From Acidobacteriaceae bacterium (GTDB taxonomy: Bacteria > Acidobacteriota > Terriglobia > Terriglobales > Acidobacteriaceae): DNA of 40,585 bases. Within the stretch, counting starts at the first letter, position 1. Each line of letters begins with the position of its first letter. The DNA is taken from the NCBI GenBank assembly GCA_003162255.1, contig PMMJ01000394.1:6290-46874 (forward strand). The letters are read 5' to 3'. A program made the position numbers and the translations under genes. Positions 1 to 7,184 of this stretch are shown in pieces. Below the pieces are notes generated by a model. The model worked only from the letters and a program-made list of their open reading frames with translations, made no database searches and was not told the origin of the DNA.

Positions 1-70
1 CCCATGCTAGCGTAGACGCCATTTGGACGTTCTGGTTTTAGTCCGTTGCCGCGGACATTCAAGTGTAGAG

Positions 71-757
71 ATGGACAAAATGGCAGTTCAGTCGAAGGCT
101 CTCCCTGCGGTCACGACCGCACGCCGCCGATACTTCGTTTGGGCGCAGATCATCGTTGCATTTCTGTTTCTGGAGTTTGCGCTTTGGGCGCCGACGACGG
201 CGATCCGCAATCGCTGGGGTTCCATCGCGATGATCACGATTGTGGTGCTCGTGCTGAGCGACGTGCTGAGCGGCCGGTCGTCGCTCAAGCGCCTTGGCAT
301 CGGATTGCCGACAACGTTCGGCGCTACCGTGATGCTGGGGATCGGCCTGGCCACGGTTGTCTTCATGATGACTGTGGTGGATTGTCTGGGCGGACAGATT
401 CCCGCGAATCCGGCCGGGTGGCCGAATTTGCTTTTGGCATGGGGATACGTACTCTGGGCCTTGATTCAGCAATTCATGTTGCAATCGTTTTTTTTCAACC
501 GCTTTGAGGACTTGTATGGAAGCTCGGCTGCGGTTTGGATGGCGTCGACGATCTTTGCCGCCGCCCACTTGCCCAGTCCCATCCTTACTACCGCTACGCT
601 GGTCGGCGCCCTCTTCTTCTGCGAAATGTTTCGCCGCTACCGCAGCATCTATCCTCTTGCGATCGTCCACGCGACACTGGGACTGACCATTGGCCTGGTT
701 ACGCCCGACAGTCTGCTGCATCACATGCGGGTGGGGATTGGGTATCTGCGGTACTAG
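71..757 (+). CDS. CPBP-family (CAAX/Abi) intramembrane protease-like membrane protein with degenerate motif 1
   Basis: ORF 23..757 is strongly hydrophobic with several TM segments. FAAAH and IVHATLG fit CPBP motifs 2 (FxxxH) and 3 (Hxxx-polar). The position expected for EExxxR reads QQFMLQ (nt 467-484). ATG at 71 (or 80) is preferred over the TTG at 23. Confidence 0.6.
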   Translation: MDKMAVQSKALPAVTTARRRYFVWAQIIVAFLFLEFALWAPTTAIRNRWGSIAMITIVVLVLSDVLSGRSSLKRLGIGLPTTFGATVMLGIGLATVVFMMTVVDCLGGQIPANPAGWPNLLLAWGYVLWALIQQFMLQSFFFNRFEDLYGSSAAVWMASTIFAAAHLPSPILTTATLVGALFFCEMFRRYRSIYPLAIVHATLGLTIGLVTPDSLLHHMRVGIGYLRY

Positions 758-828
758 ATTGTGTGCGAGTCGCGGGTAATCTGGGAGCCAATTGGAACCC
801 ACTTGCGGCCGGGTGCGTATTAGAGAGC

Positions 829-1645
829 ATGGAGAATTCCACTTCATCCATCCGTACTGGAAGATACGTGGGCGCCTACTTCGCGCTTTGGGCGTTGGCC
901 TTCATCGTGCTGCGTCGCTCGGAGAGGTTCGAGGTCAGCGAGGCACTCCCCGCACTGGTGATTCTCGGGGTGATATTCCCTGCGCTTGCGATGCTGGCCA
1001 CACGTCGAGTGTCGGCGCTGCACTATGTTGTACGCCGGCCCGGAATCGAAACCGCGGTTCTGGTGATGTATCTGGGGGGGATCGCATGGGTGCTTGTCTC
1101 GGGATTCGGCCGCGTAGCACGCATTGGGACGGAGCCCTTGCACTCGCTTGTGCTGCTCGGCGTAAAGCTCATGGTATTTGTCGCCTTTCCCACGGCGATT
1201 GCAATGGCCGTGGGCCACTACAGGATCGCTGAGCTTGTGCCGATTTCGCTGAGCTGGCATGCGCTTCGTCCGGCGCTGTGGATGTCGCTAGCGGCTCTCC
1301 TCATGCAATCATTGCTAGGGCGCGGGCTGCACGACATTCGGGAAGCACATGTGCCGGTGTGGGTTCTGGCTGTCGCTACGCCCCTCAGCTTTATCTGGTT
1401 GACGGTTGAAGTTGGAGTTGTCGAGGAGTTTTTCTTCCGCGTGCTGCTGCAGGAGCGACTTGCGGCGGTGTTGCGGTCGCCGTGGGGCGGGCTGGTGGTG
1501 GCAGCAGTGCTCGCTTGCCGGTCTGTTCCTCGGCGTCTTGTGGATGCGAACGAAGAATTTCGCGGTGCTGGTCATCGTGCACGCCGCTGGCGACCTCCTG
1601 CCCAACCTTGTGCCCTGGGTAAAAGCATTTCATCTGACGCGATAG
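829..1645 (+). pseudogene. CPBP-family intramembrane protease, disrupted by a frame switch and loss of motif 2
   Basis: From ATG 829, frame 1 gives TM segments and a canonical motif 1 (VVEEFFFRVLLQERL; EE at 1423-1428). After about nt 1510-1516 a sensible sequence continues only in frame 2 (SLAGLFLGVLWMRTKNFAVLVIVHAAGDLLPNL, stop 1643-1645), which carries motif 3. No FxxxH motif exists in any frame between them. Confidence 0.6.
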
Positions 1646-1665
1646 CGGTCGACTCCCTTGTCAAA

Positions 1666-2436
1666 CTAACTGACAGCCTTGCGATGGAACTGCCGCAGCC
1701 CGATGCCCAAGAACAGCGCGTCAAAGACCGTCAGTGCTACGAACACGGCCAGCACCGGAAGATGCGGGAACTGAGGTACGAGCGTGCCTCGCAGGCCTTC
1801 GCTGGCGTACACCAGAGGGTTCACCAGGACGACTCGCTGGAGGATGGGAAAGTGTGCTAACGCGCTCCATGGATAATAGGTACAGCCAAAAAAGATCATT
1901 GGAGTCAGGACCATGCTGAACATGAGACCGATGTGGTTCTGGCTCATGCTGCAACCAAGAGCCAGACCGCCGCACGCCGAGAAAAGCGCCACCAGCAGCG
2001 TAACGCAGGCAAAGCTTAGCGGAGAACGCAGGTTCAGCCCTACTCCCGGACGAAGCAGCAGCCACCCGGCCGGAATCACCGCTAGTCCGGCGATCAACGC
2101 TTGGAACGTGCCAAAGAATACTTTCTCAATCGCCAGCCACGAGATTTCTATCGGCGCTAGCAAGCGGTCTTCGATCTCGCGAGTGAACTGAAATTCACCA
2201 ATCAGAGGCATCGCGACCGCCCAAACGCCGGTGAACACCATGCTGATCGCCATGATCCCGGGCAACAGCAGGCTCTTGTATTGGGGAGGCATGTAGCCGC
2301 TCGATACCATCACTCGTCCGAAGATGAACACAAACATCAACGGCTGCAGAAAAGTCTGCATCAGCGAAGGGACGAGGTTTCGGCGAGCGACATGAGCATC
2401 GCGCCCGAGCAGCGCCAGAAAAGTCTTCCAGTTCAT
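1666..2436 (-). CDS. ABC-2 type transporter permease
   Basis: ORF 1666..2508. The likely start is the ATG at 2434-2436 (MNWKTFLALLGRDAHVARRNL...), which forms an ATGA overlap with the stop of the upstream ATPase gene. The polytopic hydrophobic profile is typical of ABC-2 permeases. Confidence 0.85.
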   Translation of the reverse strand: MNWKTFLALLGRDAHVARRNLVPSLMQTFLQPLMFVFIFGRVMVSSGYMPPQYKSLLLPGIMAISMVFTGVWAVAMPLIGEFQFTREIEDRLLAPIEISWLAIEKVFFGTFQALIAGLAVIPAGWLLLRPGVGLNLRSPLSFACVTLLVALFSACGGLALGCSMSQNHIGLMFSMVLTPMIFFGCTYYPWSALAHFPILQRVVLVNPLVYASEGLRGTLVPQFPHLPVLAVFVALTVFDALFLGIGLRQFHRKAVS

Positions 2437-3488
2437 TCCCGCAAACTCCTTCCGGTGTGGTGCAAGAAGAGATTCTCCAGGCTGGGCTCCAGGATGTGCA
2501 CGTCGCACAATTCGACAGAGCCGCTGGAGGCAAGATTGGCAATCTCAGAAACCAGCGAGCCTCCACGGTCGGCGTACACGTCGGCGGAGTTGTCACCGGT
2601 TGCATCCGAACTCGCGTCATTCTTCCTGTCCGTGTTCGTGCGCACCTCCCTTACACCCGGCAAGGTCTGAAGACGCTGCAGTAGTTCCGGAGAGTGCTGG
2701 CCGAAGCGCAAGCGCAGCAGATAGCCGCCAGGCACCGAAGCCTTCAGCTCGCGGGGCGTGCCAAGCGCGATATTGCGGCCGTGATCGATGATCGCCAGAC
2801 GCTGGCACAAGGCGTCGGCCTCTTCCATATTGTGCGTAGTCAGAAGGATGGTCTTGCCGCGCTGGTTGTATTCGCGGATGATTTCCCAGAGGAGCAATCG
2901 GGTTTGCGGGTCGAGGCCGGCGCTGGGCTCGTCCAGAAAAAGTACTTGCGGGTCGTGCATCATGGCGCGCGCAATGGAGAGACGCTGCATCATGCCGCCG
3001 GAGAATCCGCGCACCATCTGATCGGCACGGTCGCGGAGCTTGAAGCGATCGAGTAGCGTGTCCGCACGCTTCGCTCGCTCCTCGGAATTGAGGCCGAAAT
3101 AGGCGCCGTGGAAGAGCAGAATCTCTCGAGCGGTGAGAGAGAAGTCCAGATTCGGACGCTGCTGAACCACTCCAATCAGCCGCTTGACCACGACCTGCTC
3201 CGCCCACACATCGTGCTCGCCAATCCACGCCTGGCCGTCCGTCGGTCGCACGCGCGTGGTCAGGATTCCGACCGTCGTCGACTTGCCCGCGCCGTTCGGC
3301 CCCAGCAGTCCGAAGATCTCTCCGGGCGAGATCTCAAGCGAGATGCCGTCGAGAGCAACGATCTGCGGCTTGGGTTGTTTCTTCCCTCTGCCGGGCGCTA
3401 CGCCGAAACCGAAGCCGCCACCGGCGGCGGAAGGCGGCGGTGAAGTGTAGATTTTGCGTAAGTCACGAGTCCGAATTCCAGCCAGCAT
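2433..3488 (-). CDS. ABC transporter ATP-binding protein (ABC-2/DrrA-like) with a C-terminal accessory domain
   Basis: Walker A is GPNGAGKST, the signature is FSGGMMQRL, and Walker B is LFLDEPSAGLD. The start is chosen at MLAGIRTRDLRKIY (ATG 3486-3488) rather than the ORF start at 3587. A Gly/Pro-rich insertion follows the first strand. Confidence 0.9.
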   Translation of the reverse strand: MLAGIRTRDLRKIYTSPPPSAAGGGFGFGVAPGRGKKQPKPQIVALDGISLEISPGEIFGLLGPNGAGKSTTVGILTTRVRPTDGQAWIGEHDVWAEQVVVKRLIGVVQQRPNLDFSLTAREILLFHGAYFGLNSEERAKRADTLLDRFKLRDRADQMVRGFSGGMMQRLSIARAMMHDPQVLFLDEPSAGLDPQTRLLLWEIIREYNQRGKTILLTTHNMEEADALCQRLAIIDHGRNIALGTPRELKASVPGGYLLRLRFGQHSPELLQRLQTLPGVREVRTNTDRKNDASSDATGDNSADVYADRGGSLVSEIANLASSGSVELCDVHILEPSLENLFLHHTGRSLRE

Positions 3489-3660
3489 ACCGAAGTCCCC
3501 AACCCCCGAAGTGCGTACCCAGAAAGATTCCGAACAGCATACCAAACCGGGCAGCGATGCGTCCTCGGAATGGCAAGAAAAAGTCACAAAACTCTACAGT
3601 ACAGGACGGGCGAGAACGGTATCATCCCACTAAGACAGCGCCGAATGTCTGCGCGACGCC

Positions 3661-6600
3661 ATGAAGAATTCCGTTCTTCGATCTCCGGCCATCAAGGGCA
3701 GGCTGCGCCCGCAATTCGTCTTCCCGTTCCTCTTCTTGTTGCATGTTGTTGTGTTTACCCCGAATCTATCGCTGGGGCAAGCGGCTGCGCCTGCGAATGG
3801 AGAGCGCACCATTCACGGCGTGGTGAAGTCGGGAAATATGCCAATTCCTGGCGCTGGAGTTTCCGCGGCGAATACCGCCACCAAGGAACAAGTCGTTACG
3901 TCGACGGATGTGGACGGCAGTTACTGGCTACGGATTCCCGCCGATGGCCACTATACCGTGCGCGTGCAGATGGCGGCGTTCGCCGCGAGCGCACACGAAG
4001 CGGTCTTGGATGCAACCCATCAGGATGTGCAGGCAAATTTTGAACTGATGCTGCTGTCGCGGGCGCGCGAGGCTGGCAACGATCGAGACCAGCAGCGGCG
4101 GGCGAATGCTGCCGGACGTGGCTTTCAGAATCTTTCCGTGTTTCAAAGTGAAGCGGGGCAGGATGCGGCAGGTGGTTCGGCAGGTGGCTCGATGAGCGAT
4201 GTAGCGCCCGCTGGGATGCCAGTTCCGGGGATTGCGCCGAATAGCGCCACGGAATCTGTCGCGGTTGCGGGCAATACTACCAATTCGTTCAATGCCATGA
4301 GCGCTGACGAAATGCAGCAGCGCTTCAACGACTCCCGCCAGCAGGGTGCAGGGTTCGGAGGCGGAGGCGGATTTGGCGGTCCGGGGGGTGGTCGCGGAGG
4401 CGGAGGCTTCGGTGGCGGAGGGCCGATGGTTTTCGGTCGGCGCGGGTTTGACATCAATCGCCCGCATGGATCGGTATATTACGGCGTCGGCGACTCGGCG
4501 CTGAATGCATCACCGTTTGCGCTCACCGGTCAGCCCTCGGAAAAGCCAGCGTATGTGCAGAATAGTTTCGGGGGTTCAGTGGGCGGACCGCTGAATATTC
4601 CGCATATCTACCACGGCGGGACCAAGACTTTTTACTTCATCAACTTCAATGGAAGGCACGGAGAAAATCCTTTCGATCAGTTTTCGACTGTGCCAACGCT
4701 GGCCGAGCGGCAGGGAGACTTTTCGGGAATCGATTACACTTCGGGGTCCGCGCAAGGGCAGCAGGTACAACTCTTCAATCCCGTGACCAACACTCCTTAC
4801 GCCAGCAACATCATTCCGGGATTCAGTTCACAAACGTGTCCATGGACGGGGCCGTCCAGCGGTACAGCGGCGGGTTTGCTGCAATATATTCCGTGTCCGA
4901 ACTTTCAGGGAAGCAACTATCAGAACTTCCACTTTGTGACTTCCGCCACCAGCGACAGCGACGACCTGAACATTCGTGTGAACCACAGCTTTGGCGCAGC
5001 GCCCGCGGGCGGACGCCGAGGCGGAGGTGGAGGCCGCAACGCTGCGCGCAACAGTCTGCAGATCGGTTTCCATTACCATCAATCGACGGCTACGCTAACG
5101 AATCCGTTTCCGAGCGTCGGTGGCAGCACAACCGTGCGCAGCTTTGACGTTCCGGTGTCTTACACGCGCAGCATCGGAAAGCTGACTAACATTGCTCGCG
5201 CGGACTTTAACCGCAACCGGACGCGCACGCAGAATCTCTACGCTTTCAATAACGATGTTACGGGCACGTTGGGAATCACGGGAGTTTCGCAGAATCCGTT
5301 CGACTGGGGATTGCCGAATCTATCATTCACAAATTTCGGCAGCCTGCAGGACACGACTCCGCAGCTTAACCGAAGCCAGACCTATACCTTCTCCGACAAC
5401 GTAATCTGGAATCACGGCAAGCACACCTGGCGCTGGGGCGGAGATTTCCGGCGTGTGCAGGTGAATCCGGAAACGGACAGTAATCCGCGGGGCTCGTTTG
5501 TTTTTACCGGTCTCAATACCTCGCAGCTCGACGGCAGCGGGAACCCCGTACCGGGCACCGGATATGACTTTGCCGACTTTCTGATCGGATTGCCCCAGCA
5601 GACTTCCGTGCAGTTTGGAGAAGGTAATCACTTTCGCGGCAACTTCTGGGATTTATATGCGCAAGATGAGTGGAAGGTGCGCGCCAACCTGACGCTCAAT
5701 CTCGGGGTGCGCTACGAGTACGTTTCGCCGCTGACGGAAATCAACAACCGCATCGTGAACCTCGACCTTTCTCCCGGCGTGCTGAATCCGACGTTGCCGC
5801 TGGGCATGATGCCGGTGACGCCGATCCAGCCGGGGCAATCGGGGCCATACAGCGGCAGCCTGCCGAACGGCCTGGTGCGACCAGATCGCGACAACTTTGC
5901 GCCGCGCATTGGCTTCGCCTGGAAACCGCTTCGCAACACCGTAGTGCGTGCCGGATATGGCATCAACTACAACACGGGCGCGTATCAGGGAATCGCACAG
6001 CAACTCGCCTATCAGCCGCCGTTCTCCACTGCGGCAACCAACGTTGAGCCGCTGCCTCCCACGTATCCTCCAACGCTGACGCTGCAAAGCGGGTTTCCAA
6101 CCGCCAGCGGCATCACCAATAGTTATGCGGTGAATCCGAATTACCGGCTGGGCTACGTGCAGATTCGCAATCTCGACATTCAACAGCAGATTCGCCCCAC
6201 GTTGCTGCTGAATCTTGACTACACAGGAACCAAGGGAACGGATCTCGACATCCTGGAAGCGCCGAACCGAACCGCGAGTGGGATTCGCATTCCGCCGAAT
6301 GTTGAGGTCGTTGACGCCTTCACCTACGAAAATTCAGTGGCGGACTCGGAGGCCAACGCGGCATCGGTGCGACTGCGCAAGCGTTTGTCGGCAGGATTCG
6401 CGATCGGGGGCACCTACACATTCTCCAAGTCGCTCGACGATGCATCTTCCATCGGCGCCGGAGCAACCTCGGGCGCGAATACACCCGGCCTTGGCGCGGG
6501 AGGCACCGGCGCTGGCGGAGGCGGTTCATCGGGCGGAGGCGCGGCCAACGTCGCGCAAAATCCTTTCGATCTATCGGCGGAGCGCGGGCTCTCCAGCTTC

Positions 6601-7149
6601 AACCAGACCCATAAGTTCACCGCGGATTATTTGTATGAGCTGCCCTTTGGCCATGACAAGCGCTGGCTAACGGGAAACAGCCCGTTGCGCGCCGTTTTTG
6701 GCGACTGGCAATGGAGCGGCGACTGGACGATCGCGTCGGGGCTGCCGTTTACTCCACGGTTCCTGAATGAGATCAGTGACGTGAATGGTGGAACCAACGG
6801 TACTCTGCGGCCGAATTTGGTACCCGGGCAATCGGTTAGCCTGCCGAACCCTTCGATTGCGGAGTGGTTCAACATCACTGCATTTTCGAAACCGCCCACG
6901 GGCACCTACGGCGATGCGCGGCGCAACAGCATCATCGGACCGGGCAGCAAAGTGTTTGACATGGCATTCACAAAAATCTTTCCGCTGAAGGAGGCGCGGG
7001 TGCTGGAGTTCCGGGCGCAGGCCACCAACATTTTTAACCTGGTGAATTACTCCTCAATCGATACCAGCGTGACCTCGCCAACCTTTGGCCGGGTTACCGC
7101 GGCGGGGGCCATGCGACAGTTCACGATTACGTCACGCTTTCGTTTTTGA
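3661..7149 (+). CDS. Oar-like TonB-dependent receptor family outer-membrane protein with a carboxypeptidase-regulatory-like N-domain
   Basis: Signal-peptide-like N-terminus, then a CarboxypepD_reg-like beta-sandwich (GVVKSGNMPIPGAGVSA...DGSYWLRIPADGHYTVRV). A long barrel-like region follows, ending in ...TSRFRF (terminal aromatic). Three Gly-rich low-complexity tracts are present. Confidence 0.8.
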   Translation: MKNSVLRSPAIKGRLRPQFVFPFLFLLHVVVFTPNLSLGQAAAPANGERTIHGVVKSGNMPIPGAGVSAANTATKEQVVTSTDVDGSYWLRIPADGHYTVRVQMAAFAASAHEAVLDATHQDVQANFELMLLSRAREAGNDRDQQRRANAAGRGFQNLSVFQSEAGQDAAGGSAGGSMSDVAPAGMPVPGIAPNSATESVAVAGNTTNSFNAMSADEMQQRFNDSRQQGAGFGGGGGFGGPGGGRGGGGFGGGGPMVFGRRGFDINRPHGSVYYGVGDSALNASPFALTGQPSEKPAYVQNSFGGSVGGPLNIPHIYHGGTKTFYFINFNGRHGENPFDQFSTVPTLAERQGDFSGIDYTSGSAQGQQVQLFNPVTNTPYASNIIPGFSSQTCPWTGPSSGTAAGLLQYIPCPNFQGSNYQNFHFVTSATSDSDDLNIRVNHSFGAAPAGGRRGGGGGRNAARNSLQIGFHYHQSTATLTNPFPSVGGSTTVRSFDVPVSYTRSIGKLTNIARADFNRNRTRTQNLYAFNNDVTGTLGITGVSQNPFDWGLPNLSFTNFGSLQDTTPQLNRSQTYTFSDNVIWNHGKHTWRWGGDFRRVQVNPETDSNPRGSFVFTGLNTSQLDGSGNPVPGTGYDFADFLIGLPQQTSVQFGEGNHFRGNFWDLYAQDEWKVRANLTLNLGVRYEYVSPLTEINNRIVNLDLSPGVLNPTLPLGMMPVTPIQPGQSGPYSGSLPNGLVRPDRDNFAPRIGFAWKPLRNTVVRAGYGINYNTGAYQGIAQQLAYQPPFSTAATNVEPLPPTYPPTLTLQSGFPTASGITNSYAVNPNYRLGYVQIRNLDIQQQIRPTLLLNLDYTGTKGTDLDILEAPNRTASGIRIPPNVEVVDAFTYENSVADSEANAASVRLRKRLSAGFAIGGTYTFSKSLDDASSIGAGATSGANTPGLGAGGTGAGGGGSSGGGAANVAQNPFDLSAERGLSSFNQTHKFTADYLYELPFGHDKRWLTGNSPLRAVFGDWQWSGDWTIASGLPFTPRFLNEISDVNGGTNGTLRPNLVPGQSVSLPNPSIAEWFNITAFSKPPTGTYGDARRNSIIGPGSKVFDMAFTKIFPLKEARVLEFRAQATNIFNLVNYSSIDTSVTSPTFGRVTAAGAMRQFTITSRFRF

Positions 7150-7184
7150 GGTGGATGCTACTGCGGGAAACGCTCTAGAAGAAG

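Noticed and set aside
535-828. A 5' extension of the second CPBP ORF, which would make a 441-aa protein overlapping the first CPBP gene.
   Set aside because: The extension overlaps the well-supported 3' half of the first CPBP gene in another frame and is Arg/Pro-rich. ATG 829 gives a sensible hydrophobic N-terminus. The 3' part of the same ORF (after about 1515) is also out-of-frame nonsense.
3601-3630. A possible fourth, degenerate REP-like copy (GGACGGGCGAGA followed by ACGGTATCATCCCAC) in the ABC/receptor divergent region.
   Set aside because: Only 12 nt match exactly and the hairpin cannot form. Chance similarity cannot be excluded without a genome-wide model.
4340-4430. Repetitive GGC/GGA-rich DNA that might be a tandem repeat, a CRISPR-like array or a contingency locus.
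   Set aside because: It lies in-frame inside the receptor gene and encodes a Gly-rich low-complexity linker. There is no regular repeat-spacer periodicity.
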